DNA of 64,000 nucleotides from Rebecca billardiae RCC1528. Taxonomy: Eukaryota > Protista > Haptophyta. Every line of letters begins with the position of its first letter. The first letter of the stretch is position 1. Made by a program: the position numbers and the translations under genes. Under the pieces are notes generated by a model that ran no database searches, had not been told where the DNA came from, and saw only the letters and a program-made list of their open reading frames with translations. This document shows, in pieces, positions 34,295 through 45,314 of this stretch. Where the stretch lies: contig OZ251223.1 of NCBI GenBank assembly GCA_965240325.2, positions 1 through 64,000 on the forward strand, written 5' to 3'.

Positions 34295-36646
34295 ATGCTG
34301 GCACGGCGCGCGCTCGCGGCGAGCGCGCGCGCGGCGGCGGCGGGCGCGGCGGGCGCGGCGCGTCGGCGGCGGCCGCTGGGCGGCGCGCTCGCCGCGCCGC
34401 ACGCGCCGCGCGCGCTTCCCTGCGCCGCGCGCGCGCTCGCCTCCTCCTCCGCCGCCGAGCTCCGGCAGCGGCTCACGGAGGCGGCGGAGACGCGCGCCGC
34501 GCGCGCGCTCGCCGCGGCGAGCTCGGCGCGCGGCGTGCTCGACGTGTACGAGGCGCACGCGCCGCTGGTGGGCGTCGCGAACGTCGCCTCCGCGTGGCAC
34601 CGCCTCGGCACCTTCTTCGCCGCGCTCCCGCCGCCGCAGCGCGACGAGCTGCGCGCGCGCCGGCTCGGCGTGTTTGAACGCCTGCAGACGGACGTGATGC
34701 GCGCGCTCGACGACGCGGCGGACGCGGCGAGCGGCGGCGACGGCGCGCGGTCGCGCGAGCTGCTCGGCGCGCGCGAGGTCGCGCTCGTCGTCGCCGCCTC
34801 CGCGCGCATGGGCGGCTCGCACGCGCGGCTCGTGCTGCGGCGCGCCGAGCTGGCCGTGTGTGCGCTCGCCGCGCCGCTCGCCGCGGACGCTGACCAGCTG
34901 TGCGCCGTGGCGCAGGCGTACGCGCGGGCGGACCGCGCGCGGGCGGGGCGCGTGCTGCGCGCGCTCGCCGCCGAGCTGCCGTACGAGCGCCTCGCCGCGC
35001 TCCCGCCGCGCGCGCTGCCCACGCTGCTCGAGGCGTGCGGCGCCGCGGACGCGCGCCCAGCACGGCTGCTGCGCGACGGCGCGCGCTGCGTGCTCGCGCT
35101 GCCGCCCGCCGCGCTGCCGCCCGAGGAGATCGTGGCGATCGCGGCGGTGTACGCAAAGGTCGTGGCGGGCGGGCGCGGCGGCGCGCCGCGCGCGCCGCTC
35201 CGCGCCGGCGCGCACGACGACGACGACGACGGCGGCGACGACGCGCGCGCCGACGACGACGCGGCGCCGAGCGGCGGCGGCGGCGGCGGCGCCGCCGAGC
35301 GCGCGCGCGGCGCGGCCACCACGATGGGCCGGCTGCTGCGCGAGCTCGCGCGCCGCGCGGTGGCGGGGCTGGGCTCGCTGCCCGCGGCGCAGCTCGCGCG
35401 GCTCGCGCACGCGCTCGCGCTCGCGCGCTGCGCGCTCCCCGGCGCGTACGGCGCGATCTGTGCCGAGGCGGCCGCCCGGCCGCCCGCCGAGTTCACGCCG
35501 GCGGAGGGCGCGCGGCTGCTGGCGGCGCTCGGCCGCGCGGGCGCGCTCAGCGGCGCGCTCGCCGAGCGGCTCGGCGGCGCGGCGGCGGAGCGCGCGGCGG
35601 CACACAGCCCGGCGGAGCTGGCGCAGGTGCTGTGGGCGCTCACGCGCGCCCCGAGCGCGGACGAGGCCGTCGGCGGCGTCTGCGCGCGCGCGCGCGCCGC
35701 GCGCGCGCCGCGCGCCGCGCGCGCGCTCGCGGACGCGCTTGGCGCGCTGCCAGCCGACAGCCGCCGAGCGCTCGGCGCGGACGTGCGCTCGCTCGCGCTG
35801 GTCGCGTGGGCGTGCGCGGTGCTGGGGCAGCTGCACCCCGCGCCGTGGTCCACGCTCATGCCGCTCCTCGCCGCGCTCCGCGCGGACGCGCCGCTGGGCG
35901 GCCCGCAGCGCACGCAGCTGCTGCAGGCCCACGCGGCACTCACGCTTGAGGCGCGCGCGCACCCGCACACGCGCGGCGGCGGCGGCGACGGCGGCGCAGG
36001 GGGCGCAGGGGGCGCGGCGGCGCGCGTGGGCGCGCGCGGCGCGGCGGCGCCGGCGGCGCTCGGCGACGGCGCGAGGGGGCTGCCGAGCTGGCTGCTCGCG
36101 CGCGCGCGCGCCGCGCCGCCCGCGCCGCCGCCGCCGCGCGCCACCGCGCTGCACGCTGACGTGAGCGCAAGCTTGACCGCCCTCGGCCTCGCGCACAGCT
36201 CCGAGGTGCTCGTGCCCGCGCTGGGCACGCGCGTGGACCTCGCGCTCGACGGCGCGCCGCGCGTGCTGCTCGAGGTCGCGGGCGCCTTCCACGACGAGCC
36301 GCCCGAGCCGGGCTGCGGCGCACCCCTCTACGCGTCGGAGCGCGCGGCCGGCTGGGCAGCCAACGCCGCGCGCACCGCGCGCCGCCCGCGCTCGCTCGAG
36401 ATGAAGATCTCGCACCTGCGCAGCCTCGGGTACCGGCCCATCGTCGTGCGGCACACGGAGTGGAAGGGGTTGCGCACCGCAGAGGCCAAGCAGCGACACC
36501 TCGCGCGCGCGCTCGTCGCGCTGCTCGCCGAGGCGGATGGCGGGGAGGCCGCGGGGAGCGCCGGGCACGAGGCGCGCGAGGCGCGCGGCGCGAGGCGGCG
36601 GGCGGGAGACGACGAGGACGACGACGACGACGGCGGGGCCCGATGA
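34295..36646 (+). CDS. RAP-domain helical-repeat (FASTK/OPR-like) organellar RNA-binding protein, 783 aa
   Basis: Arg/Ala-rich presequence; helical repeats such as SPAELAQVLWAL; C-terminal VDLAL...VLLEVAGAFH...KISHLRSLGYRPIVVRHTEW matches the RAP domain pattern. Confidence 0.8.
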   Translation: MLARRALAASARAAAAGAAGAARRRRPLGGALAAPHAPRALPCAARALASSSAAELRQRLTEAAETRAARALAAASSARGVLDVYEAHAPLVGVANVASAWHRLGTFFAALPPPQRDELRARRLGVFERLQTDVMRALDDAADAASGGDGARSRELLGAREVALVVAASARMGGSHARLVLRRAELAVCALAAPLAADADQLCAVAQAYARADRARAGRVLRALAAELPYERLAALPPRALPTLLEACGAADARPARLLRDGARCVLALPPAALPPEEIVAIAAVYAKVVAGGRGGAPRAPLRAGAHDDDDDGGDDARADDDAAPSGGGGGGAAERARGAATTMGRLLRELARRAVAGLGSLPAAQLARLAHALALARCALPGAYGAICAEAAARPPAEFTPAEGARLLAALGRAGALSGALAERLGGAAAERAAAHSPAELAQVLWALTRAPSADEAVGGVCARARAARAPRAARALADALGALPADSRRALGADVRSLALVAWACAVLGQLHPAPWSTLMPLLAALRADAPLGGPQRTQLLQAHAALTLEARAHPHTRGGGGDGGAGGAGGAAARVGARGAAAPAALGDGARGLPSWLLARARAAPPAPPPPRATALHADVSASLTALGLAHSSEVLVPALGTRVDLALDGAPRVLLEVAGAFHDEPPEPGCGAPLYASERAAGWAANAARTARRPRSLEMKISHLRSLGYRPIVVRHTEWKGLRTAEAKQRHLARALVALLAEADGGEAAGSAGHEAREARGARRRAGDDEDDDDDGGAR

Positions 36647-37259
36647 CCCGCCGTCCCGCGCGCGTGAGCACCGCCCGAGCAGGCGCGTGCTGCGTCGCGC
36701 GTGCATGATGGACGCGACGACAACAATCATCATCGGCGGGCTGCAGCGTTCACAAATAATTGGCGGCGCCGAAGCGGTCGCAGTGATGACGACTGATGAC
36801 ACTGAATGAACGGCGGCGGCGTCAGACTCGTCGGCTGATGAGCTCAGGCTGCTCGAGCGGCGCAGTGGATGGCCGGCGCTCTAGTTCGGGCAGTCACACG
36901 CGCGCTTATCACCCAGCACAGCACTAATCAGACGAACGGGCTACAGCCTACAATCCGCCGCCCGGCCGGCCGCCCACTCTGTGCACACAGCACAGTGAGC
37001 GGAGAGCGGGTGCCCAACCGGGCATGAGGCCATGATATACTATATATAGACTGCGCGCTATAGTTCGTATCATGATACGATCTCACTCATCTCATCAGAG
37101 GCTCGAGGACGCGATGAGAGACGGCAGACGCGCAAAAGAGACGCGCGTCGGTGAGCAACAGCAAGCCCGCAGCAAGGTTACTCTACTAGTAGTACTACAG
37201 CTTACTAACTACAATGGGAATGTACTGTAGAGTGTACGGGCCGGCATTCGGCATCAACA

Positions 37260-39390
37260 CAAAAGCACAAAGCCAAAAGCAGCTGACAAGGGAGCGGTTT
37301 TGATCCGCACGCCATGGATTAAAGGTCCACGAGCTCAGTGTTTCCAGAGAACGTTGCTGTGTGCCAGCTGGAGGAGTGGAGCATTGCCCGGCTTTTGACG
37401 TCGCAAGATTTCGGCTCGACGATTGTTTTCGCCTCGTGAGCCCACGACGACATGTCCGTCCTCGCAAGACAACCTCTCGGTTCCGCCCTCCATGGCTGGC
37501 AGCCCGAGGGCTGGGCGATGGCTTGGCGTAGGTGGCGTGCACGGGGGAGGGAATGAACGGATCGACTGTGCGCGCCACGCCTGCGCTGCAGCTGAGCCCT
37601 ACCGGATGCCCGGCACGCGCTGCGCCTCACTTAGTCTCTGCACGCCGCCCTTCCGCCGAGGCTCGGTCGTTCGCTGGACGACGCGCCAGACCCCGCGATG
37701 GGCTGCTGAACACTCTGCAGCAGCAGCCAGGCGGCAGTTGGCAGCCGACACACGCAATAATGCATTCGTTCGCGCTTACAGCCCTCGCTTTAGTAGAGTA
37801 TGTCCTCCGCGGCAGCCAGTGGGGCAATCGTGGCACTACGGCCAGCAGCCGTAAGTTCAAGTGCCGGCACAGTCGTATCGCCGGGCCGCACTGCCTCGCC
37901 CAAGGAATGCAGCGCGCGCGCTCAAGGATGGCGTGGCCTCGAAATGAGTGTCCTCGGCCGCAGACTCGCATGCACGCGTGTGCCGGCATACGCCGTCGCT
38001 GGCAGCCGTCCCGCGATGCTCTGGTGAGCCCGTCGCGGGGCACCGCCGCTATACTCACATTCCCAGGCTGCCGCCGGCAGCACGGCACCAAAGTTTGATT
38101 CTCTCAGTCCCTCGCGAGTCGCGACTGATTCCTCTGAACAAGGCGAGGGCGTGGTCGGCAGCGATGGCCGGCAGGCGGCCACGGCGAAGAGCGCATCGTC
38201 CAACGAGGACTCGCACGGCAGTGGGGTATGCGAGGCACTGAGAGAAGCACACTCCGCCTGCGATCGCCGCCACCGGCAAAGCAAAGAGGCACGGAACGGT
38301 GCGGCGCTGAGTGAGAACTCAAGGCCCTACCACGACGGCGCATGGAATTCGGGTCGCATCAAGTGCCGGCCGCTGCGTCCGCCGTTCAGGTGCAGAAGTG
38401 TGTGTCGAGCAGACTCCCAGGCGCAGGGCATGTCCTAGTGTGAAGAGCTCGGCTACATCCCACGCGTGTCCATTGGCGCAGGCAAACTGCTGCGACTCGG
38501 CACAAGCGCCCGTGCGGCGGCCTTGCGTTTTTGCGGCCCCGGTTGCCTGTCCTCGGTGCTTGACTGTAGATCTCCGGTGCCTTGTCCCGCGACGCAGGAC
38601 GTGTCTTGCTGGCGGAAGGTAGTCAAAACAAATGATCTGGCGGTTCGGCCGGTGTTTCAAGGGCAGAGTATCGCGGAGACCTACCAGCTGGCTCGCAGCA
38701 ACTCCAAATGGCAGCAGAGCACACACACCGAACACGGCGGGCGGCTGTTCAAGCCGCTCGCTGCCAGCTGCTTTTTTGCGCGCTTTATTTTCGGCATCGG
38801 AGACAGGACATGTCTTTGTGAGATCGGGAGCCAAAAACGACCCATTCTGAACGCTTCGGCCCGTGTTTCAAAGGCACCGCAGCGCACATTTCTGTCAGCT
38901 GGCTCGCAGCAATCAAACACCACACCCACCCTGAATGGAAACGCAATCAAGCGCGCGGCTGTTCAAGCCGCTCGCCTGCCAGCTGTTTTTGGCGCGCTTT
39001 TTCGTCGGCGCCTGCGGCCCGCCATCTTGCATAAGAGACAGGACGTGTCTTTATGAGTTCGGGAGCCAAAAACGACCCATCTGAACGCTTCGGCGAAGTT
39101 CGGCCCGTGTTTCAAAGGCACCGCAGCGCACATTTATGTCAGCTGGCTCGCAGCAATCAAAACACCTCGTACGGTCAATGGCAACGCAATCAAGCGGGCG
39201 GCTGTTCAAGCCCCTCGCCTGCCAGCTGCTTTTTTTTTGCTTTCACTTCTGCGCCAGTGAGAGCGGCGCAGATCCAGGACGACATATGAGTTCCGGAGCC
39301 AAAAACGATCGATCCGACCGCTTCGGCCCATGTTTCAAAAGCAGCACCGCAGCGCACACTCGGTCCGAGCTGGTGGCGGCTCGATCGCAG
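37260..39390. mobile_element. Putative foldback-type non-autonomous element with inverted ~220-bp subterminal repeats
   Basis: About 3.5 tandem copies of a 210-240-bp unit at 38590-39390 and one diverged inverted copy at 37260-37465. Exact ends and TSD were not found. Confidence 0.45.
38590..39390 (+). repeat. Degenerate tandem repeat, ~3.5 x 210-240 bp
   Basis: Recurring CAGGAC..GTCT, GGAGCCAAAAACGA, TTCGGCCCGTGTTTCAAAGGC, CAGCTGGCTCGCAGCAA and GCGGCTGTTCAAGCC; units start near 38592, 38800, 39034 and 39275. Confidence 0.9.
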
Positions 39391-39982
39391 CGCAATTCCA
39401 CGAAAAGATCGATCGAGCAGTAGATGAAATTATTCAGTTCGACCTACATAAGCAGCAGCGGCATGCGGATGGAGGCCGGCGGTGACGGTGCATAAAGCGC
39501 TGCCTCAGCCTGCCCGCGTGCTTTATAATATATATATATATTATAAAATAATAGTATAATAATGCGCGCGAGCGCGCGGTTTATTCAGCCGTGGCGCGAG
39601 GCCCCAGCCCGAGTGCCTGAGCCGCGGCACAGCCGCCAGCCTCACGCCGCCTGACGGCCGCGGGCCGCCCGTCGCCCGAGGGTCACGCGGCGGCGCGCGC
39701 ACTCTCACGGCGCACTCGCCTGCATCGCGCCACCGACGACCGGGCGCGCGCGCACGCGCGCACCCCGGCCAGGCAGCTCCGCCGTGAGTGCGTTCACAGG
39801 AGTAGCTGGGCCCGCGGCGGCCAGCGCTGGCACCTCGGGAGAGTCACCGGGGGAGCCGACGCGCGGCCCCACAGCCAGGCCGCAGGCAAGGGCGGCGCGC
39901 GCCCGGCGGCACCGCCGGCCGAGCGGCGCGCGCAGCCGCGGGCGGTGCTGGCGCGCGCCCCGGGCGGGAAGGCGCGCGGCGC

Positions 39983-41878
39983 TCAGGCGAGCCGCATCCG
40001 CCGCCCGTCCGTCCCGCGGTCGTCGAACATGGCCTGCAGGAAGTGCAGCTCGCGCTCGTGCACGTGCACGCCGTTGTCCGCGAGCAGCTGGCGCAGGTTG
40101 CGCACGGGCAGCGGGCGCGCGCTCTCTGCGCCGCTCGGCGCGGCGTCGGCGCCGAGGAAGGCGCCCTGCCGGCGCGCGATGTGGTGCACCGTGTCCATGA
40201 GCCGCAGCGCGCGCTTCATCATCTGCACGTCCTCCACCTGCCGCGCCTGGTTGACCGTCGTCGAGAGGTACCTCCGGTAGAAGAGCGCGAACGCGGAGAA
40301 GGAGAGGAGCACGGTGGTGACGGTCACGCCCAGGAACCACTTGGACGCCTCCTCGATGCCCGACTTGAGGTTCATGCCAAAGATGCCCGCGACCGCGCCG
40401 ATCGAGGCGAGCGGGACGGAGAGCAGCGAGGCGAGCAGCTCGATCCGCGCCATCCGGTTCCGCTCCGAGTCGAGCGCGAGCTCGAGCGAGTTGCGCGCGG
40501 TGGAGATGCTCTCGGTGAGCGAGTCGATCTCGTCGCCGAGGAACTCCAGCCTGGACGAGTACGCCTCGATGGCGATCTCGCACAGGGCGAACTCGGGCGG
40601 GGTGCACGTGCCCCGGCCGGAGGAGACGGCGCAGAGGCCCTCGATGTCGTCCGAGCACTCGAGCAGCTGCTCCAGGATCGCGTTCAGCCGGCGCACGCGC
40701 ACGCGCAGCGACGAGAGCGCGTTCTCGAGCGGCAGCATGCGCGACAGCGCCGTCATCCGCGCGGCCTCGCGCGCGCTCGGGTCTGTGAGCGCGGGGAGCA
40801 CCTGGCCGATGGCGTGCGAGAGCCGGCGGAACGCCATCTCCACGCCCGCCGTCGCCTCCTGCGCCCACGCGCCGCACGCGCCGCGCAGGGCGCAGGGCGC
40901 GCGAGGGGGCGGCGTGAGCGCGCGGCGCGCTCGGGCGCGCGCGGCGCGGCGCAGGCGCGCGCGGCCGCGCACGAGCGCGCGTCACGGCGCGGCGCAGGGC
41001 GCGCGCGCGCGCACCTCGAGGACCACCTCGAAGACGGAGAGCGCAAACGTGGGCACGGCGGGCGCCGTCGGCCGCTCCGCCGCCGAGCCGTACGCCTCGC
41101 CGTCGCCGCCGTCCGAGCTGCCCGCCGCGCCGAACGACGCGCCGCCCAGCCCGTGGCCGTCGTCGTCGTCCGAGCGCGGCTCGGAGCCCGCGGCGCCGTG
41201 CGGCGGCGCGTGCGCGAAGGGGCTGCCCACGCCGGGCGGCGGCGCGACGCGCGCCGAATGAATGTACGAGAGGATCGCGCGCTCGAGCGAGCGCGCCGCC
41301 TCCCGCTGCGCCTCGAGGATCACGACGCGGTCGGCAAAGATGCAGCCCTTCAGCTCGCCTAGGTCAAAGACGATGCGCGAGTCGTGCACGACGATCTCGG
41401 CGGCGTTGGAGCGGAGCATGCGCAGGTCGCGCACGCTCAGCTTCAGCTGCTGCAGGATGCTCGCGTAGTCCGTGCGCATCTGCCGCTGCGAGCCGCTCCG
41501 GAAGATCTCGGTCACCTTGGAGCGAGGCAGCACGGTCGCGACGCGCGCGCTGCCGGACGCCTTGCTGGCGGGCGGGCCGAGGGAGTTGAGCGGTGGCGCG
41601 CCATCGAGCATGCCTTCGGCACTGCCGCTGTCCACCCACGCCGCCTCGGGGTTCGCATCGACCACCTGCAGGTGCGCCGGCCGCCACGCGGCGGGCTCGC
41701 CGCTGTGCACGTCGGCCGCCGAGTGCACGTCCGCGGCGCGCACGATGAAGGGCGAGGCCGAGGGCGGCGAGCGCGCGCCGGGAGGCGCGGCGCGAGGGAG
41801 CATCGCCCGCCGGCCGAGCGGCGGGCGCGCCGCGGCGAGCAGCGCGAGCGCCGCGAGCGCCGCCGGGAGCGACGTCAT
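39983..41878 (-). CDS. MRS2: MRS2/CorA-family Mg2+ transporter, probably plastid-targeted, ~579 aa
   Basis: Exons 41878-41015 and 40858-39983 (156-nt intron GTGCGC...CGCAG). VRDLR, FEVVLE|E, LDSERNRM and TM1 ending GIFGMNL, then TM2. N-terminal hydrophobic signal followed by a Pro/Ser/Arg-rich transit-like stretch. Confidence 0.88.
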
Positions 41879-42895
41879 GGCGCGTGGCACCGGCGGCGGG
41901 CGGCGGACGAAGCCGCTTCTGTCTTCGTTCTGAAATCTGAAGCCGCTTGCTCGTAATTATTGACGGCAACCCGGCTGACGAAGCCACGTCGAACGGGTCG
42001 GGCGGCTTCAGCATGGCGCGCGGCGTCTCGAAGTTGCGCGCATTCCAACCCCTTGCCGGGGGCCTACGCGGCGCTCTCGAGCCGCGGCGTGCGCTTGACC
42101 GAGCACTGCGGCGCGGGCGGGGCCGTCGTCGGTGGCCTTTGTGTGCGCGCGGTCGTGCTGCGCGCACGCCGCACGCAGGGCAAGGGCCACCGGCCACCGA
42201 AGCCCGCCACGGGTGCTTGGCAGGGAGTCGAGCACGCGAATGCCGCCACTCCCCGCGCATCCGTCCGAGCGCGACACATGCTGCACGCACACCTCTGCCA
42301 GGCGATTCGCTGCCGAGCGCCTCCTGTGCTGTCTGTCGCTCGACTTGGGTGGCGCTTGCGCGCTGCCGGCACAACAATGCAGCTGGCCATGCGGCCAGGG
42401 CCGCCGCGCATGCAAGCCCGCGTTGTGAGCTCGTCGGGCCGATGACCGGCGAGAGTTCCATCGCGCCTGCGCCGCGCGCCGCGCAACGTGCACCGGCCTG
42501 TCGCCCCGCGCGCGCGCCATCGCACGGCGCGCTCTGAGGCCGTGGAGCGCAGAGCACGCGAGCAGAGAGGGAGCACAGGCGCCGCGCAGCAGCGACGGCG
42601 GGACTGCTTCTGTGACGCGGGCAGCTCGAGCACACGCGCGTGCCCTCTTCCGTCACGCGCGGCCTGGGCGTCTCTTGGGGAAGTGCCTGAAGGTGTCTAG
42701 TACAGCTCATCCGCAAGCACGCGCGCATGCGGAGTGTGCATACGTGCTCGGCGGATCGGCGTCGACTCGTCGAGCGGGGAAGCGACCGCTGTCACGAGCC
42801 TCGACACTCCCGCCGGGGCGGGCACTGCGCAGTTCCAAAGCCCGTTGCGGGGACTATCAGAGTACAAGTACCGTGCTTCACAGACCCTCCCCATC

Positions 42896-42968
42896 TTCCT
42901 CGTAGTATAGGTGGTTAGAATATGGGATCCTCACTCCCAAGACGCGGGTTCGAGTCCCGCCGAGGAAA
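42896..42968 (+). tRNA. trnE: tRNA-Glu(CTC) with non-canonical C33
   Basis: Acceptor stem TTCCTCG/CGAGGAA; D arm with GGTGGTTA; anticodon stem TGGGA/TCCCA with loop TC-CTC-AC; T arm GCGGG-TTCGAGT-CCCGC; discriminator A. Followed by T4 (42971) and T5 (42992) Pol III terminator-like runs. Confidence 0.85.
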
Positions 42969-43684
42969 TGTTTTCTCGCTCACGCGAGTGCTTTTTCGCC
43001 CAGCCGCGTACGTTGTCGCGCTCGCCACCTCGCGCGTGCAGTGCCGCAGGGGGCGGCCGCGCGTCTTGCCGACTGCGAGCTGCGCAGCCCGCGTCCTGGT
43101 AGCCAGCGCGTCCGTCCATCAACGGTTGTCACACAAATCATCAAGCCTTGACCACGGGAAGCGTGTGGACCCGCGGGGGGTCCCCGCGGGAGCAGGCGAG
43201 ACGCTCGCCGGCATGGCAGCTGGCCGTGGTTGCCATCGGGGCGGAAGCTCCCGCCACGCGTTCCTGGGCGATGAGCCGTGGGCGTGACTGGACACCCTGT
43301 CGCTGGCTAGCTGGCTTCCTCCGAATGCACGAGTGTGCCACAAGTCCGCGCCGCGACGCGGCGCAGCGCGGACGCAACTTGGATAACTGACGGGCACGGC
43401 GGGCGCGCGCGCACGGCGCAGCTCTCCCTCTGTGCGGGTACGGCGCGGCGTCTGCTCGACCACGCTCATCGCGCGGAGTACGGCGGCAGTGCGACGCCAT
43501 GCCACGGCCGTGTAGCACGGGCACGCGGGTTGCCCCTGGGAATCGCGCACGCCCCCCAGGGAGTCGCGTCACTCGCGTCCGCCGGGGCGCCATGCTGGCT
43601 CAGCACGATGAATTTGCACGCGACATTTCCATCGCGCGAATTACCTTGCTGCGCCGCCGGCCGGGTCGCCGCGCGTGCGCAGCG

Positions 43685-44281
43685 ATGGCGCCGGCCAAAC
43701 ATCATCATCACAAGGGCAAGGGCAAGGGCAAGCATGCACATGCAGCTGTCGCGACGGCGCCTTACCCCGACATCTGGCCATCAGCGCCCGTGCCGGCCCC
43801 ACGAACGGCGCCCATGGCCTACCCCGAGCCGCCGCTCACGATGCTGATGCCGATCAGCATGACCCTCGCATGGGCGGCGCTGCTGGCAGATCGGCTCGAT
43901 CCACGGACGGCGCTGCACGTGGCGAAGTTCTACTGGTTGTGGGCGCTCAAGAACTGCTTGTACGGCCCGCTGCGTGGCGATGCGGGCGTGTTCACGTTCG
44001 CCGCCTACTGGTACGTACGCCGCGCCGCGTGGTCGGCCGCCTCGCTCGGCGTCGTCGCGATCGTGGTCGGCGCCAACTACGCTGTGCCTGTCTTCCTGTT
44101 CGCACTCAACGCCATCGTCGCGGGGATCCCCCCGTGGAAGCTCGCGCGCACGCTGCGCAAGTCGGAGCGGTGGGTGCGCGTCTTCCGGGCGTACTGCGCG
44201 GCGGGCCTGGCGTACTGGGTGGTGATCGCCTGGGTGCACTTCCGTGAGGCGGCACGGCCTGCGCCCGGCATCCGGCCGTAG
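43685..44281 (+). CDS. Hypothetical multi-pass membrane protein with His/Lys-rich N-terminus, 198 aa
   Basis: MAPAKHHHHKGKGKGKH followed by 3-4 aromatic/hydrophobic segments, with GC-ending codons. An alternative in-frame ATG lies at 43592. Confidence 0.65.
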   Translation: MAPAKHHHHKGKGKGKHAHAAVATAPYPDIWPSAPVPAPRTAPMAYPEPPLTMLMPISMTLAWAALLADRLDPRTALHVAKFYWLWALKNCLYGPLRGDAGVFTFAAYWYVRRAAWSAASLGVVAIVVGANYAVPVFLFALNAIVAGIPPWKLARTLRKSERWVRVFRAYCAAGLAYWVVIAWVHFREAARPAPGIRP

Positions 44282-45314
44282 CAGTGGCATCATCATCAGG
44301 CTTCATCACCGCATCGGCGCATCGCGGTGGACGACCGCTCGACGACCACTACTGGCATCACAGCAACTGGCTGTATGTGAGAAAGACTGTGTGCGACTAC
44401 TCGGATTGAATCGCCGTGCGGGCGCAGTGGAGCTCAGCCCGGTACGGTCCGGCTGCGAGATTCGAGATGACGTCCGAACGCCCCGCCACTCACACTGGCC
44501 GCCAGTGTGAGTGTCGGCGGAGTCGGCCCCGAGGCCGCCGGGCCGAGCGCGGACCGGTCGCCGTCTGACTCGACGAGTGTCAGCCGGCCGGTGCTGGCGG
44601 TTGGCGGCACGTTCGTCCCTGCATCACACTTCACAGTGCGGGGCACTCAGTCATCACAGTGACGGTGACCGTAGTGACAATGTCAATGTGACATGACGCA
44701 ACGACTCGACTGCTATGACATCATATTCTATTCTGACTATGTCACTTGTCAGCAACGACTACGCGATCAATAATGACGATTCAGCACGACGTGACGAACT
44801 GAGGCGACTACGTACCTAGGCACTCAGGCCCGCGATGGCGACTACTATATGCCGACGAGCATAAGAAGTCGCGCCGCCAGAATAATATAAATAATATATA
44901 TATAGTCGTAGTTAGCGCGCTCGCTGATGCTTATTATAATAATATATAGCGACGATGCAGCCAGCTGCGCGGCAGTCGTCCGCAGTGCCGCGCAGCCGCG
45001 GCGGGCGGCGCGGGCGCCGCGGCGCCGGTGACTGCGGAGTGCGGGCGCGGCAGCGTGCCGGCACCGGGTCCGATTGTCCCGGCGACGCGGGTGAGAGCCG
45101 CCGCCATGCACTCCGTCCGAGAGCCGCCTGCCAGCTCGAAGGCAGAGGGGACGATCGAGTAGGTAGACTCGTCATCACTGATGACGATGATCGACTGGGA
45201 TAGCCGCGACGCCCGGGCCGGCGCCCCCGGGGCAGCTGTGTCAGCTGCGCGGCATCACTGCGGCAGGCCGAGTCAGTCAGCAGCACGCTGCGCCGGCCGC
45301 CAGTCACGCCGATG

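Noticed and set aside
34061-36802. Apparent 1096-aa ferredoxin fusion
   Set aside because: The upstream part is the antisense of the RAP gene; the ferredoxin has its own ATG and transit peptide at 34060.
38590-39390. CRISPR-like array
   Set aside because: Whole 210-240-bp units are homologous, there are no unique spacers or cas genes, and the context is eukaryotic.
42928-42934. UGA-suppressor or selenocysteine tRNA (TCA in the loop)
   Set aside because: With the 5-bp stem and 7-nt loop the anticodon is CTC; TCA is off-register and there is no long variable arm.
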